Shown here: in pieces, positions 9,901 through 18,916 of the stretch | How the letters are laid out: each line of letters begins with the position of its first letter | Numbering within the stretch: position 1 is the first letter of the stretch | Source of the DNA: Actinomycetota bacterium | GTDB taxonomy: Bacteria > Actinomycetota > Thermoleophilia > Gaiellales > Gaiellaceae | Assembly: GCA_013812265.1 (NCBI GenBank) | Contig: JACCTQ010000121.1 | Coordinates: forward strand, 1-44,886 | Length of the DNA: 44,886 nucleotides | Direction: 5' to 3' | The notes under the pieces: model-generated | Seen by the model: only the letters and a program-made list of their open reading frames with translations | What the model was told of the DNA's origin: nothing | Databases searched by the model: none | Position numbers and translations under genes: made by a program

Positions 9901-10256
9901 AGCTGTTCGAGATCGAGCGAGGATGGGCGCGGCGCTTCAGATTCGCGCCCGGGCGGCCTCGTATGCGCGTGCGCCGCCGTGAGCAGGCGGCAGAGATTCG
10001 CGTAACCCCGCGCCGTCTCCACGAGCAGCGTCACATGGCTCCCACCCCCTAGGGTGACCTCAGCGCCGGTAATCGGGCGCACACAGAAGGCCCTCGCGGC
10101 ATGCGCGAACTCGAGCGATCCGTACACACCGTCGTGATCCGTCAGCGCGAGAGCGTCGTATCCGAGCTCGGCGGCCCGCACTGCGAGCTCCTCTGGCTGA
10201 GACGCACCGTCGAGGAACGAGTAAGCCGAGTGGCAGTGAAGCTCGACGTACTTCAA
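6999..10256 (-). CDS. dnaE2: Error-prone DNA polymerase III alpha subunit DnaE2
   Basis: PHP domain (ELHCHS..SFLDGAS, LTDHD), GRGSSVGS, PDIDLDF, QHPGG, LKIDLLGL, GFPKSHA, LLNAQPMGFY and OB-fold RQRPATAKG. No tau-binding tail; lies downstream of imuB. Confidence 0.96.
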   Translation of the reverse strand: MKYVELHCHSAYSFLDGASQPEELAVRAAELGYDALALTDHDGVYGSLEFAHAARAFCVRPITGAEVTLGGGSHVTLLVETARGYANLCRLLTAAHAHTRPPGRESEAPRPSSLDLEQLLELSDGLVCLSGCARDGLGVRDPNVAARVARTFGRDRFFVELQRPYERGDARRNAALRDLASALGVDTVATGDVHAHHPRRAVLQDVLVAIKHRASLDGCERERRGNHESVLLAPEEMAERFPDDARAVARTAELAERLQFDLTEELGYRYPDFSDSAEPADVQLARICERAFEDRYGYGVRAGGTSRLPHKRRTRQRLDEELALIRDLGLSGFFLLHWEVLELAREIALQVRGPGSPRHVLPPGRGRGSSVGSLVCYLTGLSHVDPVQADLSLGRFLNRELDSVPDIDLDFPRDIREQLIVAVTDRYGREHASLVASFATYRSRGAIRDVGKALGLPYAELERLARVTDGWNAKRVGEELASLPDAFAKASSPRWQAFAQICADIAGLPRHISQHPGGMVISSRPLVELVPVQPAAMAGRQLCQWDKDSCADAGFLKIDLLGLGMLSAVEDCVDLVSLSATADTPLDLSRIPLDDQAVYDEIQRADTVGVFQIESRAQMQMLLRTRPENLDDLTVEVALVRPGPIQGKAVHPYVENRQRMREDPSFVPPVDHPLLAEPLRATLGVVVFQDQVLDVATALAGFTVGEAEGLRRAMSRKRSHDALEAYRGRFVEGAARNGVDEETANRVYDKLVGFSGFGFPKSHAAAFGLLAYQSAWVRHHYPAEFLCALLNAQPMGFYPPASLVRDGQRRGVEVRPPQVNLSDAACTIEEGAVRIGLAHVNSVGDDDAGALVAERDLNGPFRSVLELAQRAPLDRRELEALVIAGACDCFNEPRRSLLWQLGLVPETRSVPGSGGAERQLALPLEPTAEVPELPELTTWERMLADYRQTNLSIGTHPLELLRPHLPPDVISSKELSRRPPGARVAVAGMAIARQRPATAKGVVFMLLEDEHGQVNLIVPPAVYERFRAIIRGEPLVLAHGKVERVGRNQNVLVRELATLGPLARSVSGVTEVSGALPSAHHFGHR

Positions 10257-10368
10257 CCGGTTTTCCTAACCTCGCAACCTCGCAAGACGATCACGGAACT
10301 CGCAGGGTTGTTAAAGCCGCGGAGGCGGGCTTTGCCCGTCTTCGCCCACAGACGCGCAAACGAAATTC

Positions 10369-10407
10369 TCCGCCTAAAATTGAGCGCGGAGCGCGATTTT
10401 AGGCGGA
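10369..10407. repeat. Inverted repeat with 12-bp perfect arms overlapping the stop of the imuB-C-like gene; possible attenuator/terminator
   Basis: TCCGCCTAAAAT (10369-10380) / ATTTTAGGCGGA (10396-10407). Confidence 0.7.
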
Positions 10408-10662
10408 TTGCGTGAACCATCCCCCCCGCTCCTCGTTCCGGAAGACGACGATGTTCTGCCCGCTCTCGAGCACGACGTCGAAGTACCGGCGGTTGACGGG
10501 AGCCTCCGTCCACCAACGGTCGACCACCCGCCACTCCTCGCGCACGACGGCCACCGGCTGGCGATTCACCTGCCGCGGTGCCCCGTCGAAGCTCGACTCG
10601 ACGAGCGCTGGTCTCGGCTCGTTCAGAACCCGTTTCAGGATGACGCTACCCCGACGGCACAA
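10399..10662 (-). CDS. Small protein resembling the C-terminal domain of ImuB (DUF6504-like); start uncertain
   Basis: EEWRVVDRWWTE...RRYFDVVLESG..VVFR....W matches the W-x-x-x-(D/E)-R-W-W...R-x-Y-F pattern of ImuB C-termini. Lies between imuB and dnaE2. Confidence 0.75.
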   Translation of the reverse strand: MCRRGSVILKRVLNEPRPALVESSFDGAPRQVNRQPVAVVREEWRVVDRWWTEAPVNRRYFDVVLESGQNIVVFRNEERGGWFTQSA

Positions 10663-10728
10663 GGCTTCGTTTTGAGACGGGTTCCCCCTAACCGTTTCAG
10701 AATGACGCTTCGTCGTCGGGGTGCGCTA
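10644..10728. repeat. 75-bp palindromic insert (10649-10723) flanked by CGCTA direct repeats
   Basis: Terminal CCCCGACG/CGTCGGGG arms, an internal 14-bp stem, and CGCTA at 10644-10648 and 10724-10728. Confidence 0.6.
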
Positions 10729-11910
10729 GTCGTCCCGGGGAACGAGAATCGCCCGCGCTTCGGGAATCCGTGACCACGGCGCTACTTCGACGACGGTTGC
10801 GACAGACCCCGATCCGGTGCTCGCACGCACCTGGCGAAGGCTGTCCCTGAGGCGAACATCCAGCTCGTTCCCAGCCGGCTGGACGAGCTCGAGCTGCTGC
10901 CCATTCGACTCGGTCAGCTCGACGAGCTCGAGCCGAAGCTCTACGACAGGTGCAGGCAGCTCGGCGAGCTTGGGCGCGAGCGCAGCCTTTAGTCGATCGC
11001 GCTCGACTGTCGGGTCGCGCAGCGTCACGGTACGCCGCCACGAGCCACCGGCGGCGAGGCGGGCTGAAACGGCCAGCTTCCGCGCGAAGCGGTTCTCTCG
11101 CTCAGGCCGGGCGAGCAGCCGCTCGAGCAGCACGGTAAAAGCGCGACGGAGCGTCAGCTCGTTCGCCACCGCCTCCGGGAACTCGAGCGCCTCCACGATC
11201 TCCGCCGGCAGGCGGCGGCCGTTGATCCGTCGGCGTGTCCCTCCATGCGCAGAACTCCACGCCTGTCGCCCGTCCCGTCCAAGGCGTTCGGCGACAGCTG
11301 CGGCCGGCAGCTCTGCAAGTTCGCCCACCTTGCGAATTCCGAAATTCTCGAGCTCGGCCCGACGAGCCGATTGGAGCGGAAGCAGCGTCAGTGGAAGAGG
11401 CGCCAGGAAGTCACGGGTGCGCTCGTCGGCGACGACGAGAGCCTGCCCGGGGCGCGCGACGCTCGCCGCCGCAAGAGCGGCGAACCGGCGCCCGGCAGCG
11501 CCCGCGCGCGGATCCCAGGCAGAGCCGACGGCAGTCAGCGCGCGCTCGAGTGCGCGCTCGAGACCGCCGTAAAGGCGCTCGATCCCTCGCGTCTCGAAGT
11601 ACAGACAGCCAGGCTCCTCCGGCTCCACTGTGAAGCCGGAGTCCTCGAGTCGCCGCAGGATCTCTTCCCATGCTTGCTCGGTAGCGGCCGGGTCCTGCTC
11701 GACGAGCACGAGCGATGGACATGTTGCAAGCGCCTCACCGAGGCGCATGCCCGGGCGTACTCCCGCTGTCTCCGCAGCCGCGGTGACCGGGCCGAGCAGC
11801 GGCTCGGTGCCTTCGCGCGGTGCGAGCGCTGCCGGCTCGAGCTCGAGGCTCGGCCGGGAACGAAGTGCCGCACGCAGCTCGAAACCGGGAATCAGCAAGC
11901 AGGCGATCAT
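10726..11910 (-). CDS. imuB: ImuB, catalytically inactive Y-family polymerase homolog
   Basis: AAETAGVRPGMRLGEALATCP, LAPLPL and FGIRKVGELA. The catalytic acidic motifs are replaced (IACLLIPGF, PEEPGCLYFE). Clamp-like QQLELV motif; SOS boxes directly upstream. Confidence 0.9.
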   Translation of the reverse strand: MIACLLIPGFELRAALRSRPSLELEPAALAPREGTEPLLGPVTAAAETAGVRPGMRLGEALATCPSLVLVEQDPAATEQAWEEILRRLEDSGFTVEPEEPGCLYFETRGIERLYGGLERALERALTAVGSAWDPRAGAAGRRFAALAAASVARPGQALVVADERTRDFLAPLPLTLLPLQSARRAELENFGIRKVGELAELPAAAVAERLGRDGRQAWSSAHGGTRRRINGRRLPAEIVEALEFPEAVANELTLRRAFTVLLERLLARPERENRFARKLAVSARLAAGGSWRRTVTLRDPTVERDRLKAALAPKLAELPAPVVELRLELVELTESNGQQLELVQPAGNELDVRLRDSLRQVRASTGSGSVATVVEVAPWSRIPEARAILVPRDD

Positions 11911-11911
11911 A

Positions 11912-11942
11912 CGAACGTATGTTCTACACGAACGTATGTTCG
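11912..11942. promoter_or_regulatory. Two tandem LexA (SOS) boxes
   Basis: CGAACGTATGTTCT (11912-11925) and CGAACGTATGTTCG (11929-11942) match the Gram-positive CGAAC-N4-GTTCG consensus, 1 nt from the imuB ATG. Confidence 0.92.
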
Positions 11943-11949
11943 CCGTCAA
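11921..11949 (-). promoter_or_regulatory. Putative sigma70-type promoter of the imuB operon
   Basis: TTGACG-17 nt-TAGAAC on the minus strand, overlapped by both SOS boxes. Confidence 0.6.
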
Positions 11950-11979
11950 GTCAGCTCACCAGAGAGGCGGTACGCCGCC

Positions 11980-12020
11980 CCGCCTGGGCCGGCTCCGCCG
12001 GCCCAGGCGGAATGGTTTTT
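11980..12020 (+). terminator. GC-rich hairpin followed by a T-tract (terminator-like)
   Basis: CCGCCTGGGCCGGC-TCC-GCCGGCCCAGGCGG, then AATGGTTTTT. Confidence 0.5.
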
Positions 12021-12079
12021 GGGCGGCGCGAAGCAAGACCACACCGGCCCCGAGCCAAGAGGGGCCGAAGGCGCCCTCC

Positions 12080-12122
12080 AAAAAAGGCGAACGGCGGCCG
12101 TCTGCGGTACGGCCGCCGTTCG
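12080..12122 (-). terminator. Intrinsic terminator downstream of comB
   Basis: 14-bp stem CGAACGGCGGCCGT/ACGGCCGCCGTTCG followed by CCTTTTTT on the minus strand. Confidence 0.75.
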
Positions 12123-12223
12123 TGTCGTATCTGCCGGATCCAGATTTTCCCCGTGCGACCCGGCTTTCCTGCGTTGGACCAGTCGCAGGCCAGTTTGGGC
12201 CAAAGCGGTACGCCCCGCGTCCC

Positions 12224-12700
12224 CTATCCGTCCGCGAGTCCGATCTCGGCCGCTCTCCCCGTCATGCCGACAAACCGAGGAACCACATCCAGCACGTTTT
12301 CGCGGGCGGCACCAGGCGATGTCTTCCTCGAGGTCGGGCGGCCCGTATGCTCGCGCATTCAAGCCCGTCAGCAGGGCTGGCGAACGACTGCGAGATAAGC
12401 CGGGCGGCAAGCGCAGCATCGGTGCGGTCGCCCTCGAGCAGCTCCACGATGCGACCGGCGCAGTAGGCGTCGTCGAGGGCGAACGCCTGCTGAAAGCCCG
12501 CGCAAAGGACGACGACGTCCTCGCCGGTCTCGCGGACCGCCCAGCAGACCGCAGCGAGGTTGAGGAGACTGCCGAGAAACCCTTCCGTAGCCGCTGGCGA
12601 GCGCCTGTGCGATCGTCGAGGTCGCGCGGAGCACGTCGATGACCACGCACACCGGCGCGGTGATCGCCTCCGCAGGCGAAAACGCGACGTGGATCCGCAT
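12224..12700 (-). pseudogene. comB: 2-phosphosulfolactate phosphatase (ComB) pseudogene
   Basis: Four segments in shifting frames: VVIDVLRATSTI; FLGSLLNLAAV..VLCAG..LDDAYCAG; LNARAYGPPDLEEDIAWC; ARENVLDVVPRF...ADG*. The central GER...GxSP...TTNGT region is deleted. Confidence 0.85.
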
Positions 12701-12708
12701 GAGGTCAC

Positions 12709-12715
12709 TACGCTA
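12709..12715. promoter_or_regulatory. Symmetric bidirectional -10 element (TACGCTA) between comB and the rhomboid gene
   Basis: 20-bp intergenic gap. TACGCT lies 6 nt before GTG 12721; TAGCGT lies 9 nt before ATG 12700. Confidence 0.6.
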
Positions 12716-12720
12716 CTCGG

Positions 12721-13593
12721 GTGGCCATGACCTGTTACAGACATCCGAACCGCGAGACAGGTGTCTCATGCTCCGAGTGCGGTCGCGGAATCTGCCCTGA
12801 CTGCATGATTTTTGCCCCGGTAGGCATCCGGTGCCCCGACCATTCGGGACGGCCGCAGGGAGCGGCGCGTGTAACCGGCTCGGTCAAGCGCGCGAGCTTC
12901 GAGGGGACGGGCGCGCTCGTCACGAAGGCGCTCATCGCCCTGAACGTCCTCGTCTTCCTCGCGAACCTCGCGCAGGGCGCCTCGCTAGGTCGCAACGACG
13001 GTTCCCTTTTTCGCGACGGGGCTCTTCTGGGCCAGGCATCCTTCGACGGTGTGAGTTTGGTGGGCGTGGCCGAGGGCGAGTGGTGGCGGCTCATCACATC
13101 CGCGTTCTTGCACGGCGGCATCATCCATCTGGGCATGAACATGCTGATGCTCTGGTGGATCGGTGCGCCGATGGAGCAGGCGATAGGTCGTGGGCGATTT
13201 CTCGCTCTTTACCTCGTTTCCGGGCTTGCCGGTTCCGCTGGCGCGCTTCTCTTCACGGATCCCAGAGTCCCGACCGTCGGTGCTTCGGGCGCCATTTTCG
13301 GGATTCTCGGCGCGGCTCTTGTCTTCGAGCGACAGCGGAACTACATCCTTGGCGGCAGCGCTCTCTCCATCATCGTGCTCAACCTCGTGCTGACATTCGC
13401 ATTGCCGAACATTTCCGTGGGAGGACACATCGGCGGCCTTATAGGCGGTGCCTTAGCCGCTCTGGCGCTATCCCGCTTCGGCCGCGGTCACGCCGCTTAC
13501 GGGCGCCCGGGTCTCGTCGGAACCGCTGGACTCGTCCTGATCGGCATCGTGAGCGTCGCCGTGTCGTACTGGAAGACTCGCGGGTACGTCTGA
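12721..13593 (+). CDS. Rhomboid intramembrane serine protease with an N-terminal B-box-like zinc finger
   Basis: CYRHP...CSECGRGICPDC, WWRLITSAFLH, HLGMNM, VGASGAIFG and GHIGGLIGG. Confidence 0.95.
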   Translation: MAMTCYRHPNRETGVSCSECGRGICPDCMIFAPVGIRCPDHSGRPQGAARVTGSVKRASFEGTGALVTKALIALNVLVFLANLAQGASLGRNDGSLFRDGALLGQASFDGVSLVGVAEGEWWRLITSAFLHGGIIHLGMNMLMLWWIGAPMEQAIGRGRFLALYLVSGLAGSAGALLFTDPRVPTVGASGAIFGILGAALVFERQRNYILGGSALSIIVLNLVLTFALPNISVGGHIGGLIGGALAALALSRFGRGHAAYGRPGLVGTAGLVLIGIVSVAVSYWKTRGYV

Positions 13594-13615
13594 CCCCCGT
13601 CCGGCGGAACGGACC

Positions 13616-16222
<2,607 letters not shown>

Positions 16223-16309
16223 ACGCGGGGAATCTTCCCACCCCGGCGTACACGACACATCGGAAACCCGTTCGACGGGGTCCTTTGCGAGCGGTGCAAG
16301 ACGGGCGGT

Positions 16310-17818
16310 CTAGGCCACCGCGCCGACGCCGGCCGTATCGCTGAGCTTGTCCTTCAGGTAGCGGAGGTACGGGCCTGGGTCGATGGGACCGCCGACGATG
16401 CGGTCGAGCAGCTCCTTGGGAGCGAACTTGCGGCCGTGCCGGTGTACGTTCTCGCGCAGCCATTCCCGGAGCTCTCGAAACTCTCCGGCCTCGATCTGGT
16501 CATCCAGATCCGGCATGGCTTCGCGCACCTTCTCCCAGAGCTGAACCGAGACCACGTTGCCGAGCGAGTACGTGGAGAAGTAGCCGAACGACCCGCCGGA
16601 CCAGTGGACGTCCTGCAGCGCGCCACGCCGTGCATCCGGGACGTCGATTCCGAGGTACTCCTTCATCCGCGCATCCCAGGCCTCCGGGACGTCGGCGAGC
16701 GCGAGTTTCCCGGTCAGCATCTCCTGCTCCAGCTCGAAGCGCAGGATGACGTGAAGGTTGTAGGTCACCTCGTCGGCGTCGACGCGGATCAGCGACGGCT
16801 GCACCCGATTGACCGCGCGGTAGAACGCCTCCTCGTCCACCTGCGCGAGCGCCGGGAACGCCTGCTGGAGCCGGGGATAGAAGTGGCGCCAGAAGGGGCG
16901 GCTACGACCGACCAGGTTTTCCCACATGCGGCTCTGCGACTCGTGGAAGGCGTACGACACGCCCTCACAGAGCGGCGTCCGGTCCAGAGCGAGATCGACG
17001 CCGTTCTCGTACAGGCCGTGCCCACACTCGTGCATCGCCGAGAAGAGCGAGTGCAGGTCGTCCTCCGCGTAGCGGCTCGTCAGGCGGATGTCGTTGGGGC
17101 CCGCCGAGCTCGCGAACGGGTGCACGGAGCGGTCGAGGCGCCAGCCCTCCGGGTCGAATCCGAACCCTCGAATCACCTGGAGCGAGAACTCGTGCTGCGC
17201 GTCGGGCGAAAACGGGCCGCGCATGAACGCGTCTTCTTCGCCGTTCGACGCGGCAGCGGCCTCGATCAGTGGGGGCAGCTCCCGTTTCAACTCGTCGAAG
17301 ACCGCATTCACCTCGACCGTCGTCAGGTCCTGCTCGTAGTCGTCCAGGAGGACGTCGTAGATGTCGCGGCCGTCGTCCATGCACTCGACGTAGCGATGAG
17401 TCAGGTCGATGTTCTTCTGCAGATACGGTAGGAAGAGCGAGAAGTCCGATCGTTTGCGCGCCTCGGCCCAGACCGGCTGAGCAATGGATGCGGCGCGGGC
17501 CCTCTCCCCGTGCAGCTCCGGTGGGACTTTGCGCGCCTTCTCGTAGTCGCGACGCACCACGCGGATGAGACTCGCCTCGTCCGAGTCGTAGGCCATCTCG
17601 CCCTCGAAGGACGCAAGCTCGTCGAGGAGACGTCCGATCTCGGAAGCCGTGAACCGCTCGTGCGCGATGCGCCCGAGGCTCGCGAGCTGCTCGGCCCGCG
17701 AGCTCACGCCCAGCGGAGGCATCATCGTTTCCTGGTCCCACTCCAGCAGGTGGGCGGCCCGTCTTAGGTCCTCGACCTCGGCCAGTCGGGTTCTCAGCTC
17801 GGCGTACTTCTCGTTCAC
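16310..17818 (-). CDS. Carboxypeptidase Taq (peptidase family M32)
   Basis: LLEWDQETMMP, HPF, HECGH, HESQSR, IRVDADE and QDVHW. GTG 17818 with a GAGGAG RBS. Confidence 0.95.
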   Translation of the reverse strand: MNEKYAELRTRLAEVEDLRRAAHLLEWDQETMMPPLGVSSRAEQLASLGRIAHERFTASEIGRLLDELASFEGEMAYDSDEASLIRVVRRDYEKARKVPPELHGERARAASIAQPVWAEARKRSDFSLFLPYLQKNIDLTHRYVECMDDGRDIYDVLLDDYEQDLTTVEVNAVFDELKRELPPLIEAAAASNGEEDAFMRGPFSPDAQHEFSLQVIRGFGFDPEGWRLDRSVHPFASSAGPNDIRLTSRYAEDDLHSLFSAMHECGHGLYENGVDLALDRTPLCEGVSYAFHESQSRMWENLVGRSRPFWRHFYPRLQQAFPALAQVDEEAFYRAVNRVQPSLIRVDADEVTYNLHVILRFELEQEMLTGKLALADVPEAWDARMKEYLGIDVPDARRGALQDVHWSGGSFGYFSTYSLGNVVSVQLWEKVREAMPDLDDQIEAGEFRELREWLRENVHRHGRKFAPKELLDRIVGGPIDPGPYLRYLKDKLSDTAGVGAVA

Positions 17819-17853
17819 TCGGCTCCTCTCGGTCGCGAACTTGTCCAACCTAC

Positions 17854-18030
17854 CTACTTCGGCGACCGCCGCCTTGCCTGGAGCTCGGCCAGCCAGGCGA
17901 GGGCGCGAAGACCGAGCCACACCGGTGTCAGCAGGACGTAGAACACGACCATCGCCGCGCCGAGCGTTGCCCACCAGGACCCCCAACGCCAGAGCGGAAT
18001 CGGCGGTTTAGCCTTTGGGGACAGGCTCAA
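17854..18030 (-). CDS. Small membrane protein (58 aa, not in the ORF track)
   Basis: MSLSPKAKPPIPLWRWGSWWATLGAAMVVFYVLLTPVWLGLRALAWLAELQARRRSPK. The TTG overlaps the ppsR stop (TTGA) and the ORF nearly fills the gap. Confidence 0.7.
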   Translation of the reverse strand: MSLSPKAKPPIPLWRWGSWWATLGAAMVVFYVLLTPVWLGLRALAWLAELQARRRSPK

Positions 18031-18851
18031 GCCACAGCCGCTTCGGCGCGCCGCTGATCCACCAGGCGGATGATGCGGTGGGCGGTCTCTTCGATCGAGA
18101 TATCCGACACCTCGATCACAGGGCAGCCGAGCCGGCGGTGGATGGCCGCCGCCTCGTCGAGCTCGTCGTAGATCTGCACGAGCTCGGCATATGCCCTCTT
18201 CGATGCTCCCATGTTCCGTGCGCGCGCCTGCCGGATCTCGGAGAGCCGGCTCGCGTCGATGGTCAGCCCCACCACCTTGGCAGGCTCGATCTCGAACAGC
18301 TCACGGGGCGGCTCGATGCCCTTCACGATCGGGACGTTAGCCGTCTTGTGGCCGAGGTAGCCGAGATACATGGAGAGCGGTGTCTTCGACGTCCGGGACA
18401 CGCCGACGAGAACGATGTCTGCCTCGTGCAGGCCGCTGCCGACGCCATCGTCGTACTTGACCGCGAACTCGATTGCCTCGATGCGGCGGAAGTACGCCGA
18501 GTCCAGGGGATGGCGCGAGCCGGGAGTCATCCGCGCAGGCATGCCCGAGACGCGCCGGACCGCCTCGATGGGCTGTCCGAGCAAATCGCAGTAGTGGAGG
18601 CGGGCGCGGCGGCAAAGCATGCGCATCGCGTCTCGGAGCTCGGGCTCGACCAGGGTGTAGACAACGACGGTGCGCCGTCCCCGCGCCCGGCTGACGGCGC
18701 GGCGAAGGTCTTCGACCGTCTCCACACGCGGGTGGCGGATCTCGTCGAACGGCTGATCCGGAAACTGCGCCTCCAGCGCGTGGACGAGGCGGACCGCCGT
18801 CTCGCCGGTCGAGTCGGAGACGACATGGAGCTCCACGGGATCGGCCGCCAC
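18027..18851 (-). CDS. ppsR: PPDK/PEP synthase regulatory kinase-pyrophosphorylase (DUF299)
   Basis: VSDSTGETA, YFRRIEAIEFAVKYDDG, GVSRTSKTPLSMYL, ANVP and SIEETA. Confidence 0.96.
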   Translation of the reverse strand: MAADPVELHVVSDSTGETAVRLVHALEAQFPDQPFDEIRHPRVETVEDLRRAVSRARGRRTVVVYTLVEPELRDAMRMLCRRARLHYCDLLGQPIEAVRRVSGMPARMTPGSRHPLDSAYFRRIEAIEFAVKYDDGVGSGLHEADIVLVGVSRTSKTPLSMYLGYLGHKTANVPIVKGIEPPRELFEIEPAKVVGLTIDASRLSEIRQARARNMGASKRAYAELVQIYDELDEAAAIHRRLGCPVIEVSDISIEETAHRIIRLVDQRRAEAAVA

Positions 18852-18916
18852 CGGCGTATTGTCGCGCTTCTGCCGCTAACGTTGCCGACCCGACCCCCGA
18901 GCTGCTGCGAGGAGCC

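Noticed and set aside
10257..10728. Hairpins as integron attC sites
   Set aside because: No properly placed RYYYAAC/GTTRRRY ends, no integrase and no cassette array.
11911..11942. 14-bp direct repeat ACGAACGTATGTTC as a CRISPR or iteron repeat
   Set aside because: Only two copies 3 nt apart, fully explained as tandem LexA boxes.
12125..12215. Riboswitch or SRP RNA resemblance (GGTCCAACGCAGGAAAGCC stem on the minus strand)
   Set aside because: Does not match SRP, c-di-GMP or SAM consensus by eye; an Infernal scan would be needed.
18852..18916. T-box leader upstream of glyQS
   Set aside because: The gap is only ~65 bp and has no T-box consensus.
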